14,441 bases of DNA from an uncultured archaeon. Its GTDB lineage: Archaea; Nanohalarchaeota; Nanosalinia; Nanosalinales; Nanosalinaceae. Positions 5,322 to 14,441 of this stretch are shown in pieces. Below the pieces are notes generated by a model. That model saw nothing but the letters and a program-made list of their open reading frames with translations, was not told where the DNA came from and ran no database searches. Position numbers and translations under genes: made by a program. The stretch lies in NCBI GenBank assembly GCA_964421955.1, contig CAYQYU010000017.1:1-14441 (forward strand). The letters run 5' to 3'. Every line of letters begins with the position of its first letter. The first letter of the stretch is position 1.

Positions 5322-5936
5322 CTAGAGGAGGTTTTCGATCTCGCCCGGTTTTTCCGGGAGATGGCCCATGACAAACCCGTTCATTCTTGCCGCGGCGGTC
5401 GAGTTGATGAATTCTTCCGGGCTGTAGTTCGAGAAGTTTTCCATCAGGTCTTTTCGCTGTCTCAGCCTGTATTTCTGGTGGTAGTCCTCCGCAACCCAGA
5501 AAGTCTCTGCGGGCAGGATTTTGGTGTAAATTTCTCCGTGCTCGTCCTCGTACCTCTCTTTTGTCTCCTCCGCCAGTTTTTTCTGGAGCTCGGTGTGGTA
5601 GAAGATCCTGGATGCGTACTGCGTCTTCCGTTTCCTTGAAGGATCATGGTTGTTCCAGAAGAGTTCAAGCAGTTCCTCGTAGGAGATTTTATCTGGATCG
5701 TAGTCGATCTGGACAGTCTCTGTGTGATCGCCGAGCGAGCGGTATTCGGGACTCCTTTTCTCGCCGCCGGTGTAGCCTGCCCAGGTTCTGACAACTCCGT
5801 CCTGCGCGCCAAAAAATGCTTCCGGACCCCAGAAGCATCCCATCGAAAACGTTGCTGTCTTGAGTTCTCCGGGTTGCTCCCTGTCGAGAGGGAGGTCCCC
5901 GGTACCTTCGTTTTCCAGTTCTTTTCCTGTTCTCAT
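5322..5936 (-). CDS. msrA: Peptide methionine (S)-sulfoxide reductase MsrA
   Basis: GCFWG, GYTGG, HTETV and AEDYHQKY motifs. Confidence 0.95.
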   Translation of the reverse strand: MRTGKELENEGTGDLPLDREQPGELKTATFSMGCFWGPEAFFGAQDGVVRTWAGYTGGEKRSPEYRSLGDHTETVQIDYDPDKISYEELLELFWNNHDPSRKRKTQYASRIFYHTELQKKLAEETKERYEDEHGEIYTKILPAETFWVAEDYHQKYRLRQRKDLMENFSNYSPEEFINSTAAARMNGFVMGHLPEKPGEIENLL

Positions 5937-5938
5937 CT

Positions 5939-6364
5939 TTAGCCCTCGGGGTTTTTCTCAATCAGGTTTTCGATCTCTTCCTCGGCGTGTTCTCGGGAAG
6001 AGTAACCGTACTTTGGAACGTCTGCTTCCAGTTCCGTTTTGATTGTCCAGAAGCCCGTGTCGTTCTTCGCGAGCTCTATGGTCTTGCCCGATTTTGAGTG
6101 CTGCCACCGTTTTTCTGCTGTCTTCTCCCACTGGCCGACCTCTCTCAGGTCTTCCACTTTCGAGGCATATTCTCTGGAGCCCTTGCTCGCGATGAGTATC
6201 AGGTCGGGCTTCTCCTCGGCAGGGAACATGATGTACTCTCCTCCCTGCGGCCCCTTCACGTGTAAACGGTTTTCGTCGACGTTTTCTACCTCGAGAGGAA
6301 CTTTCCGGTTATTGAAAAGTATCCGGTCACCTTTCTCGAGTTGCTCGAATGTTTCCGGTGGCAT
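5939..6364 (-). CDS. Hypothetical protein, probably co-transcribed with msrA
   Basis: 141-aa acidic ORF ending 2 nt before the msrA start; no family recognised. Confidence 0.75.
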   Translation of the reverse strand: MPPETFEQLEKGDRILFNNRKVPLEVENVDENRLHVKGPQGGEYIMFPAEEKPDLILIASKGSREYASKVEDLREVGQWEKTAEKRWQHSKSGKTIELAKNDTGFWTIKTELEADVPKYGYSSREHAEEEIENLIEKNPEG

Positions 6365-6538
6365 AAATCTGGTTTTTCCTTGAAGCTTTAGTAGCTCAAA
6401 CCCAGTTTTTAGAGAAGGGTAAATTTAAATTTATATATACTGAACCGGCCTTATCAGGGACCTAAAGTTGAGAAAGCCGTTTTTAGAATCCAAGATTTTT
6501 ATATGGCTTATAAGAATCGTTGAACAGGTGTCTAGAAA

Positions 6539-6757
6539 TTGAATCTTGGAGATAAATGGTCGATGATAGATCCGGAGGATGACGATGTTCACAGGGTTTG
6601 GGAACACCAGGGTTCTGAAAACCGCATAAAGGTATCCAGGTTCGAGGACGGCACGTGGGACGCCTTCCTGAACGAGAGACTGATAGAGAACTATGATGAG
6701 AGACAGGAGGCGGTTAGCAAGGCCCGTAAGATAGCCGAGAACAGGGTAGAGGATTAA
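6539..6757 (+). CDS. Small acidic hypothetical protein
   Basis: 72 aa, host-like composition, TTG start about 25 nt after CTTATAAG (6507..6514). Confidence 0.65.
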   Translation: MNLGDKWSMIDPEDDDVHRVWEHQGSENRIKVSRFEDGTWDAFLNERLIENYDERQEAVSKARKIAENRVED

Positions 6758-6788
6758 CCGTTTAAGACTTCTTGCTGCAGGTTGAGTT

Positions 6789-7763
6789 ATGGAGATTGAG
6801 GACCCTGTTTACGGTTCGGGAACGGTTGAAGATGAGGTTCTCCTCGAGCTTATCGATTCTGATCCTGTGCAGCGCCTGAAAAATGTCCGCCAGGCAGGCC
6901 CCTCACCGTTCTTCTTTGACAGGGCCGCCACCACGAGATACGAGCACTCGATCGGAGTGATGATGCTTCTCAAGAGGTTTGATGCCCCGATAGAGGAACA
7001 GGTCGCAGGTCTCTTACACGACGTTCCGCACACCGCCTTCTCCCATGTCGCGGACTTTGTATTTCGCAGAGAAGACCACGACTACCACGAGGACTTCATG
7101 GAGGAGATAGTCATGGACTCGGATATACCGGGGATACTGGCGGACCATGGGCTTGAGATAGACTACATACTTGAAGAGTCAAACTTTCCTCTCCTGGAGC
7201 AGGAAATCCCTGACATATGCGCGGACAGGATCGACTACTTTCTCCGGGACGCGTTGAAGGCAGGCGTTATATCTAAAACTGATATAGAGCAGTTCATGGC
7301 TTCGCTTGAGATACGGGATGGAAAGTTCGTGCTGAACAGTCCTGAAGCGGCAGAGAAATACGCTCTGAAGTACGTTGAGGCCGATGAAGAGATATGGGCG
7401 AACCATGTCGAGGTCGCGACCCACGAGGTCTTTGCAAGCGCACTCAGGAGGGCGCTGGAAACCGGGATTATAGAAGAGGAGGACCTTTTCAGCACCGACG
7501 AAGAAGTGATGCAGCGGCTGAAGAATTCTGGAGACGAGGAGATACTCGACAGGCTGGAGAAGCTTGAGGCCGACTTTGAAGTAATGCGGGACAGGGATAA
7601 ATACGACTTCAGCGCAGTTACAAAGCCCAGGTTCGTCGATCCTCCTGTCGTGACGGAAAAAGGAATCGTCCGCATATCAGAACTTTCATCGAGGGTCAGG
7701 CAGAAGATAGAAGAGCACCAGGAAGATGTCGAAGGCGGTTACCGGCTAAGGATCGAGACCTAG
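6789..7763 (+). CDS. HD-domain phosphohydrolase (dNTPase-like H...HD...D family)
   Basis: DPVYG, QRL...RQ, TRYEHSIG, LLHDVPHTAFSH and ADRIDY..RD motifs. Confidence 0.92.
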   Translation: MEIEDPVYGSGTVEDEVLLELIDSDPVQRLKNVRQAGPSPFFFDRAATTRYEHSIGVMMLLKRFDAPIEEQVAGLLHDVPHTAFSHVADFVFRREDHDYHEDFMEEIVMDSDIPGILADHGLEIDYILEESNFPLLEQEIPDICADRIDYFLRDALKAGVISKTDIEQFMASLEIRDGKFVLNSPEAAEKYALKYVEADEEIWANHVEVATHEVFASALRRALETGIIEEEDLFSTDEEVMQRLKNSGDEEILDRLEKLEADFEVMRDRDKYDFSAVTKPRFVDPPVVTEKGIVRISELSSRVRQKIEEHQEDVEGGYRLRIET

Positions 7764-8077
7764 AAAAGCTGCATGCCGGGTACGTTTCCGAGTTCGTCCC
7801 GGGCCTCTTCTGACATTTCGTCGGGAGACCATCGCGGCTCGAATGTGAGTTCTACATCGATTTCTTCCACGTCGTCAAGTTTCTCGACTTCTTTCCGGAC
7901 GAGCTCATCGAATACGCCGTGTAGAGGGCATCCTGGCGTAGTCAGGGTCATCAGGATATCGACCCTGCTCCCGTCAACTTCTATCTCGTATATCAGCCCG
8001 AGGTCAACTATGTTAATGTTCAGCTCCGGATCGATAACTTCCTTTAGCTGTCCACGGATCTCTTCCTCAGTTGGCAT
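7760..8077 (-). CDS. Metal-sulfur cluster assembly factor (DUF59/SufT/MIP18 family)
   Basis: VIDPELNINIVDLGLIY, TLTTPGCP and FEPRWSPD motifs. Confidence 0.93.
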   Translation of the reverse strand: MPTEEEIRGQLKEVIDPELNINIVDLGLIYEIEVDGSRVDILMTLTTPGCPLHGVFDELVRKEVEKLDDVEEIDVELTFEPRWSPDEMSEEARDELGNVPGMQLF

Positions 8078-8154
8078 AGGGTTGCCTTGCCTGTGAAACT
8101 TATTAAATCAGGCTGTCTGCCAGGCAGCTTGATCGAGCCAGGAGAAGCCAGTAG

Positions 8155-8583
8155 CTAGATCAGGCTGTCTGCTGTCGCCGCTCCTGCCACCGCGAAGACG
8201 GATATAAGGGAGATGACCTTGAAAGTCTGGAGGAGAGATGCGTTGAAGGTCTCCGCGGCGCTGGTCATGGAAAGCATTAGCCCTACAGTCCCGAACGCGA
8301 CCAGCATGAGAGAGATGTAACGCCAGGTAACGCCGAATATCTTCCTCTCGTTGTCCCAGTCGCGTTCCTGGTAGGCAACGTAAAGGACACCGTGTCCAAG
8401 TCCCAGTGCCGACAGCACCAGTAGAGACGCCTGTAGCGTCGAGGCATTATCCGCAAGCCGCCAGACTTCCTCGGTGAAGAGAAACGGGGCGGTAAGGATT
8501 GCACTGCCTATGATCTGCTGCACCAGATCGTCAACACCGAAAGGATAGCCTGCAGAGGCCTTCCCGACGAGTTCCTTTAACAT
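8155..8583 (-). CDS. DUF2391-like small membrane protein
   Basis: DDLVQQIIGS..L.APF.FTEEVW.LA N-terminal motif; about 4 TM segments; ends GAATAD. Confidence 0.75.
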   Translation of the reverse strand: MLKELVGKASAGYPFGVDDLVQQIIGSAILTAPFLFTEEVWRLADNASTLQASLLVLSALGLGHGVLYVAYQERDWDNERKIFGVTWRYISLMLVAFGTVGLMLSMTSAAETFNASLLQTFKVISLISVFAVAGAATADSLI

Positions 8584-8640
8584 GGTTAAATAACACCTGT
8601 ATAACCAGTTCGACAGGGAGAGGTAAAAGAGTTAACAGTG

Positions 8641-10302
8641 TCAGAAGAAGATCCAGATTATCAGCGCGAGATAGAAAATGGCCAGGGAAAGAGGTATAAG
8701 GCGGACCAGAATGTTGATTGAGAAGATGAGACTGTGGTAATCCTCCTGGAGAAGCTTTACCGGGTCGGATAACCGGGATTCGAAGCCTATGCTGGAGCTT
8801 TTAACGTTTGAAGATGCTGTTTCTATAGTTTCAATTATGTGTTCTGGGTCGGCCTGCTGGTCTGAACTTAGTTCGTGGATGCTCCGGTGCGTGTCGGTGG
8901 TGAAAAGCATCACCTCGTCGAAATCTTCCGAGAAATGTTCTTCCAGTTCCAGCAGTTTCTCCGACACGTTATTACCCTCGATCCCGAATAGCAGCGTCTT
9001 CTGGCCATCAACTTCCTCTACGAGAGCGAATACAGGTGTATCGTCTATCCTGCTCGAAGAACCTGCCCGGTAGTCCTGGAGTTTTTGCTGCCCCAGTTCT
9101 TCAAGAAACTCCGCGAGTTTTTCTCTCATGAACTCTGCGGTATCGGTGTTGTACCAGACCTCTCTCCTGCTTCCCTCTTCATGCGCGTTGTGAAGGTCAA
9201 CCAGGACAGTTTCCCGGGGGTCTATAACCTCCCTGAAGATAGACATCTCGAAGTCATCATAGTCTCCGAAGTCCCGGGTCTCCATGAAGACAATCTGGCC
9301 GTTCTCCAGTTTCCTGCCGTAGAATCTAAGGCCGTCGTAATCTCTTTTCAGGAGCCGCGAGGCCTTGCCCTGTTTTTCCGGGCGTGCGAGCGCGTCTATG
9401 AGGGTCTCTGAGTCGCTGGGGTTTGCGAGATCGGACTTGTGAGTTGAGGGGAAGTGGAGGAAGAATCCTTTCCCGTTCCTGTTTAACTCCTCGATTATAT
9501 CCGTTGTTACCTGTCCACCGCCGAATCCTTCGAGAGGGCCTGGATGGATCCACGGGATGGCTATCCGGGTATTGTCCCCAATTTCAAGCGACTGCACCTC
9601 AACCTGGGTGGGATACCCGAGGTTGAGAGGTTCCTGCTTCTTCTGTAAAAGTGCAGAGGTTAGGCTAGGGGCTGATACATTTGAGACATTTGACTTCAGT
9701 ATGTAGTCGGTCGTCAGGATGATTATGAGTAACAACATGCCCGCTAGGGGGAGCAGGGCGAGATTTGCGACGTAGACCCTGAGAGGTATCTGGAGACTTT
9801 TACCTAGGAGGAAGTGGAAGCCCGCGAGTATCGCCACCGGATGCACCAGGCTGAGCACAGATATTCGATAAAGGTGTTTCTGGCCCATGGTAGTCAGGAG
9901 CACGAAAAGGTTGCTCAGGAAGACCGAAATGACGCCGAGCCAGAGGATGCTCCAGGCGTTCGCGAAATTGTCAGCCCCGGTAAGTATGACCGTGTATATC
10001 AGGAATATAAACTGGTTGGACATCGCAAGGAAGTAGCCCCATTTCCGAGGATATTTTGGGAGGAAGATGTGGAGGAGTTCCCCGGAGAGCAGTGAAGGCG
10101 CGATGAAAAGCATGAGCGAGAGGGAGAGCACTATCACCGGTCCGAGTGTGAACTCGATCAGGTGGCTCGTAAACAGGTCAAGAAAAACACTGAACACCAG
10201 GCTGTAGATAAGGCCAAGAACTGTTATGCCAACGGCCAGATCACCTGCTTCTGGTATACGGAATACTATTCTCTTGAAGATGTCAACGTTGTCCGCTCCC
10301 AT
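8641..10302 (-). CDS. DUF2070-family membrane protein (predicted ceramidase-superfamily metallo-hydrolase)
   Basis: About 6 N-terminal TMs, a soluble domain with IHPGP, H..STH, DLHN and TTDTH, and a C-terminal TM. The start overlaps the GT4 stop by 1 nt. Confidence 0.85.
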   Translation of the reverse strand: MGADNVDIFKRIVFRIPEAGDLAVGITVLGLIYSLVFSVFLDLFTSHLIEFTLGPVIVLSLSLMLFIAPSLLSGELLHIFLPKYPRKWGYFLAMSNQFIFLIYTVILTGADNFANAWSILWLGVISVFLSNLFVLLTTMGQKHLYRISVLSLVHPVAILAGFHFLLGKSLQIPLRVYVANLALLPLAGMLLLIIILTTDYILKSNVSNVSAPSLTSALLQKKQEPLNLGYPTQVEVQSLEIGDNTRIAIPWIHPGPLEGFGGGQVTTDIIEELNRNGKGFFLHFPSTHKSDLANPSDSETLIDALARPEKQGKASRLLKRDYDGLRFYGRKLENGQIVFMETRDFGDYDDFEMSIFREVIDPRETVLVDLHNAHEEGSRREVWYNTDTAEFMREKLAEFLEELGQQKLQDYRAGSSSRIDDTPVFALVEEVDGQKTLLFGIEGNNVSEKLLELEEHFSEDFDEVMLFTTDTHRSIHELSSDQQADPEHIIETIETASSNVKSSSIGFESRLSDPVKLLQEDYHSLIFSINILVRLIPLSLAIFYLALIIWIFF

Positions 10303-11342
10303 CAGATCCGGCTCCTGTAGATTTCTTCGATCTTCTCAACAGTTTTTTCCACGGAAAACTCTTCCGCCTTTGAACAAGGGTCAAGGCTGGATTCAAGGCA
10401 TTCTTCAACCCTGGCGCAGAAATCTTCCGGATCACCTGCCTTATATCTCAGGCCGTTTCTCTCGTCAACTGTCCGGGTGAAAGGAGGCAGATCCGGCGCG
10501 ACTATCGGTGTGCCGCAGGCATTGGCCTCGAGCGCTGAAAGGCATAGAGTATCCGATTGAGAGGCAGTGACGAAGACGTCGAGCGATGACAGGAAGCGGG
10601 GTAACTCCTCCCGAGGAAGGAAGTCCATGAAATAGACGTTTCCAGGCGCCATCTCTTCGAGGTCTTCGCGGTGGCGGCCCTCCCCGACAATGAAGACGCT
10701 GCCACTGAATTTATGGGCCATCTCAAGCACATCTTCAATATTCTTCTCCTCACTTATCCGGCCGCTGTAGCCTACGACTGGTCTTTCGATATCCATGTCG
10801 TCGAGAAAGTCGGGGTCCCGGGGATGGAAGAAGTCAGTGTCGACCCCGACAGGAAGTATCTCGGGATCCACGTCCCTCTCTATGTCCTCCGTGTTTGAGG
10901 TCACCACGTCAAAACTGTTCATGAAACGGTTGTCGAGTCCGACGTACATCTTCTTCAGTGGCTGTGAAAGAGCTTCTGATCCCAGGAAATGTGGTATATA
11001 ATCCTCTATCGGCGTGTGGTATGTGTAGACGGAGGGAATATTTTTTCGCCAGGCATAGTAGCTGGCCATGATCCCCACTGGACCAGGTGAATGGCAGTGG
11101 ACTACGTCGACCTCCGGGAACTTTGAGGTGGCCAGGGGAAGCCCTATATGATGGCCGTGATAGAAGGGATTCGACAGTGATCTGACGGGTATCTCTCCCT
11201 CTCCAGGCTCGTAACTCGAACCGGGATATACAACTTTTACCTCGTGACCCCTGCTCTCAAGCTTCTGCTTCCAGGTCTTTATGGTGTAGCCGACGCCGTC
11301 CTTTCTCGGAAAGTAGTCGTCAGTAAAGAACCCGATCCTCAT
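10302..11342 (-). CDS. GT4 glycosyltransferase (glycolipid synthase-like subgroup)
   Basis: MRIGFFTDDYFP..DGV, VHCHSP, TYHT, GRISEEKN and D/E-x7-E (SDTLCLSALEANACGTP) motifs. Confidence 0.92.
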   Translation of the reverse strand: MRIGFFTDDYFPRKDGVGYTIKTWKQKLESRGHEVKVVYPGSSYEPGEGEIPVRSLSNPFYHGHHIGLPLATSKFPEVDVVHCHSPGPVGIMASYYAWRKNIPSVYTYHTPIEDYIPHFLGSEALSQPLKKMYVGLDNRFMNSFDVVTSNTEDIERDVDPEILPVGVDTDFFHPRDPDFLDDMDIERPVVGYSGRISEEKNIEDVLEMAHKFSGSVFIVGEGRHREDLEEMAPGNVYFMDFLPREELPRFLSSLDVFVTASQSDTLCLSALEANACGTPIVAPDLPPFTRTVDERNGLRYKAGDPEDFCARVEECLESSLDPCSKAEEFSVEKTVEKIEEIYRSRI

Positions 11343-11473
11343 TTACAGAGCCTCTGGACCAGTTTTTCTATACCAGCTTTTTATACACACTGAGATATAT
11401 CTCACCTTCAGCGACCAGCAGTTCCCACACCTTGTAGCTTAAACCTAAAAACTATTACAATGTTTTTCAGGCT

Positions 11474-11767
11474 ATGGAAAAGAAAATCGCGGAGGAAAGA
11501 ATAGAGAGGCTGTTCGAGCTGGCGGAGAAACGACTACAGAGGCCGGAGGAGGGAAAGCAACTGGCGGACCGGTACGTGGAGATCGCTCGGGATATAGGCA
11601 TGTCCTACAACGTCTCCATACCATCCCGCTACCGGAAGAGGTTCTGTCAGGAATGCCACAGCTACTTAAAACCCGGACTCAACTGCCAGGTAGTTGTGAG
11701 TTCGCAAAACTCCGCTCTTGATTACAGGTGCGACAGCTGTGGAAACGTGAACCGCTATGGATTCTAG
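11474..11767 (+). CDS. rnp4: Ribonuclease P protein component 4 (Rpp21/Rpr2)
   Basis: IAEERIERLF, A.RYV.IA..I, KRFCxxC...CxxCG..RY. Confidence 0.95.
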   Translation: MEKKIAEERIERLFELAEKRLQRPEEGKQLADRYVEIARDIGMSYNVSIPSRYRKRFCQECHSYLKPGLNCQVVVSSQNSALDYRCDSCGNVNRYGF

Positions 11768-12755
11768 ACTGAAAAACCTGCTCTGGTTCGGCGTCTCGAC
11801 CGCTATTATCGCAGCCGCGGTCTATTTTGCAGACTTCGGGGAATTTCTCGGAGCTGTCAGGAGGGCCAACACCTGGTATCTTGTGCCCGCGTTCGCCCTC
11901 GGCCTCTCAAGCTTCGGCATCTGGTCCTACGTATGGTACAGCTTCTTCAAGACAATGGAGCTACGCATCAGCTACCTGAAATCTTTCTGGCTCTTCATGG
12001 CCGGCCACTTCATGAACTCGATAACACCGGCAGGACAGTTCGGGGGAGAACCCTTCATGGCCTACATAATTTCAAGAAATACGGATGCGAGCTACGAGAA
12101 AGCATTTTCAACCGTGATATCCGCAGACATAGTGAACGCGGTACCATCATTCACCTTTGTGCTCGGAGGAGCATTCTATCTCATGCTATTCGGATCCATC
12201 AACCAGCTAGTTCTTCAGGCGGTATACATGTCGCTGCTGGTTATAGCCGTTGGAGGAGTACTGGTCTACCTCCTCTGGTTCAAATCAGGAAGAGTAGAGG
12301 AGGCCCTTATCAGGTTCTCAAGATTCATATCCGACAAAACCGGCAGAGGAGCGAAAATAGCCGACACCATAGAGGAGAAGCTCAGGAACGTGCAGGAATC
12401 TTTCAGGAGAGTTGGAGAAAGCCCCTGGCACCTGGTTAAAGTCACAGCAATATCTCACCTGATCTTCATCTTCCAGATAGGATGTCTCTACTTCATACTC
12501 CTATCGCTTGGAGTGGAACCTGATATTGCACCGCTGTACTTCGTGCTATCTCTGTCCTTACTGGCGATATTCGCCCCGACACCGGGAGGATCGGGCGCGG
12601 TTGAGGCGGCCATGGCAGGACTTCTGAACTTCTTCATATCCATGAGCTTTGCCTCAGCGGTGGCCGCGGCCATAATCTTCCGGCTCACCACCTACTGGCC
12701 CGGTCTCATAGTGGGCTACATAGCAATCAACACACTGGAGAACGGGGGCTCATGA
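11757..12755 (+). CDS. Flippase-like membrane protein (lysylphosphatidylglycerol synthase TM/UPF0104 family)
   Basis: F.NSITP.GQFGGEP, PTPGGSGAVE and R..TYW motifs; multi-TM. Confidence 0.88.
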   Translation: MDSRLKNLLWFGVSTAIIAAAVYFADFGEFLGAVRRANTWYLVPAFALGLSSFGIWSYVWYSFFKTMELRISYLKSFWLFMAGHFMNSITPAGQFGGEPFMAYIISRNTDASYEKAFSTVISADIVNAVPSFTFVLGGAFYLMLFGSINQLVLQAVYMSLLVIAVGGVLVYLLWFKSGRVEEALIRFSRFISDKTGRGAKIADTIEEKLRNVQESFRRVGESPWHLVKVTAISHLIFIFQIGCLYFILLSLGVEPDIAPLYFVLSLSLLAIFAPTPGGSGAVEAAMAGLLNFFISMSFASAVAAAIIFRLTTYWPGLIVGYIAINTLENGGS

Positions 12756-13684
12756 GCTACGCCTACTTATTTGCGGGCGAAGACCTCGAACTTGCTGAGG
12801 CCGAACTTAAAGGGTTTCTTGAGTCCCAGGAAGTTTCTAAAGAAGTTGAGATACAGGGCCGACTCGCGGTAGCTGGAGAACCGATGAAGGGCCAGCTGAA
12901 GAGGCTTGCGCTGACGCACGAGGTCGCTGAAGTGCTAGAACGTGGCGACGTCAAGGAAATCGAGCCTGAATACCGACCGGACTCAAGTTTCGCGGTGAGG
13001 GCTATCGACGCGGTAGATAAAGAGTACGACACTGCCAGCCTACAGGAGCAGCTGGGCGAGACTCTCAGCACGGATGACAACGAGGTTGATCTGGAGAGCC
13101 CGGAAGAGCGGCTGCGACTCTACCTGCTTGAGGGGGAATACGTTCTCGCCCGCCTTGTACTTGACATCGACCGCGACCTCTACGAGAAGAGGCAGAACCA
13201 GGAAAGGCCGTTCTCTTCGCCTGTATCGCTCGACCCAGTCCTCGCCCGCGTGCTGGTCAACCTCTCGGCCGTTAAACCACGTTCGCATGTGCTCGACCCG
13301 TTCTGTGGCACCGGCGGAATCCTCATAGAGGCGGGCCTCTGTGGAGCGGGGGTACACGGCCTCGACATACAGGAAGATATGGTTGAGGGTGCGGAGAAGA
13401 ACCTGGAAGAGTACGGTATAATCGTCCACGATATCAGGAAAGGCGGCGTAAAGGACGCTCCTGAAATATTCGACAGGGATTTCGACGCCATTGTCACGGA
13501 TCTGCCGTACGGAAAGGCCTCAAAGACCGAGGGCTCGCCTGCAGAGGACTTCATGGAGGTCGCACCGGAACTGACTTCGGGCAAAGTTGTCTTCATGAGC
13601 GACAGGGAGGAAATCGATGGAATGGAGCCCGAGCACGAGATATACGTCCACAAGAACCTTACACGCTACATATACGTTATCTAG
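12752..13684 (+). CDS. trmG10: tRNA (guanine-10-N2)-methyltransferase Trm-G10/Trm11
   Basis: THUMP-like N-region (SFAVR, VDLESPE), RPFSSPVSL.P.LAR.LVNL, DPFCGTGG and TDLPYG motifs; ATGA overlap with the upstream gene. Confidence 0.9.
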   Translation: MSYAYLFAGEDLELAEAELKGFLESQEVSKEVEIQGRLAVAGEPMKGQLKRLALTHEVAEVLERGDVKEIEPEYRPDSSFAVRAIDAVDKEYDTASLQEQLGETLSTDDNEVDLESPEERLRLYLLEGEYVLARLVLDIDRDLYEKRQNQERPFSSPVSLDPVLARVLVNLSAVKPRSHVLDPFCGTGGILIEAGLCGAGVHGLDIQEDMVEGAEKNLEEYGIIVHDIRKGGVKDAPEIFDRDFDAIVTDLPYGKASKTEGSPAEDFMEVAPELTSGKVVFMSDREEIDGMEPEHEIYVHKNLTRYIYVI

Positions 13685-14226
13685 TCCCAGTCCCATCCAG
13701 TGCTGGCGTCGAAACTACTTCTCCGCTTCAGATCGTCCTCTCCGTTGTCAACACCGATCGGACTTGTACGTCCCTGGCCGGGATACGCGTGACCCTGGAC
13801 TGGCTCATCGCCTGTTCCGCGGCCGTCAGCAACTGCCTCTGGCGTGGGCTCAAGCTCTTCCCCCGCCTCTTCATCATTATCGTCTTCCATGTACAGGCAG
13901 GCCCAGACTGACTTGATTGTGCTTCTCCAGTCCGGATCATACTGCTCTCTAAAACTGAAATTATAGGTGTCGAAGCCCTGTTCTTCAGCGTACTCGTGAG
14001 CCTGTCTGATGGCGGCGGCTAGATCGCCATCTTCAAGCCCTGGTCGGTACCATCCGGTCTCGCTCTCAAGATCCAGGACAACGTCGACATCGGCCTCCAG
14101 GGCACCCCGGAAGCTGTGCTCTTCATACGAGTCATCAGCCGGGCAGGCATAGATGAAACGCGTGTCAACGTCTCCATGACCGGCGGTATCAAAAGAATAT
14201 TCAGCAACAGAATCGTCCGAGGACAT
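13681..14226 (-). CDS. Very acidic hypothetical protein
   Basis: 181 aa, D/E-rich, disordered-looking C-terminus; TTTATA on the minus strand at 14251..14256 suggests a leaderless mRNA. Confidence 0.7.
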   Translation of the reverse strand: MSSDDSVAEYSFDTAGHGDVDTRFIYACPADDSYEEHSFRGALEADVDVVLDLESETGWYRPGLEDGDLAAAIRQAHEYAEEQGFDTYNFSFREQYDPDWRSTIKSVWACLYMEDDNDEEAGEELEPTPEAVADGRGTGDEPVQGHAYPGQGRTSPIGVDNGEDDLKRRSSFDASTGWDWD

Positions 14227-14441
14227 GTATTGTTACTTGTGAGTGACATGTATAAAGTTTTCGGTTTGGGCGGCTTTGCACAATAAAGTTATCTATTCTT
14301 GTGCAAGAACTTGGTCTGCACAATTTTGGAAGTCTGGCTGAACTCCGACTGTGTGAGCTGCTTTGATGAGAACGAGGATGTTGTGGGTGACACATTTGGC
14401 AAGCATCTCGTTTCTCTGACTAATAGGTTTCTTGTTATTGA

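Noticed and set aside
6400-6515. Replication origin at the AT-rich palindrome TAAATTTAAATTTA (6420..6433)
   Set aside because: No ORB repeats or cdc6/orc1 nearby. It is adequately explained as a divergent promoter region.
198-14395. Remaining short ORFs overlapping the called genes (e.g. 626..1159, 3242..3685, 7235..7675, 11933..12439, 13180..13653, 14201..14395)
   Set aside because: Antisense or alternate-frame shadows with Ser/Arg-rich composition and no recognisable motifs.

Overview
Compact archaeal chromosome segment. The acidic proteins, leaderless/TATA-type promoters and Rpp21, Trm-G10 and DUF2070 genes fit a halophilic DPANN archaeon such as Nanohaloarchaeota (inference). It holds about 17 protein genes: a T4 endonuclease V-like glycosylase, an MFS transporter, a Zn-finger protein, a TrxR-like flavoprotein, a LyeJ/CrtEb-like UbiA enzyme, MsrA, an HD hydrolase, DUF59, DUF2391, DUF2070, GT4, Rpp21, a flippase-like protein, Trm-G10 and hypotheticals. 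Three tRNA genes not shown by the ORF track are present, all interrupted: Arg(TCG) 20..187 minus with a 94-nt intron, Arg(CCT) 1992..2196 minus with a 131-nt intron, and Gly(GCC) 5065..5250 plus with a 54-nt D-loop insert and a 60-nt anticodon intron. The main signal is that these inserts are built from shared, covarying hairpin modules. One module is copied exactly (39 nt) into a duplicated tRNA-Arg 3' end at 1850..1928. The Gly D-loop insert is flanked by a 9-bp direct repeat that itself forms a bulge-helix-bulge (BHB) splice motif. Together these suggest a mobile palindromic element family that colonises tRNA genes as introns.
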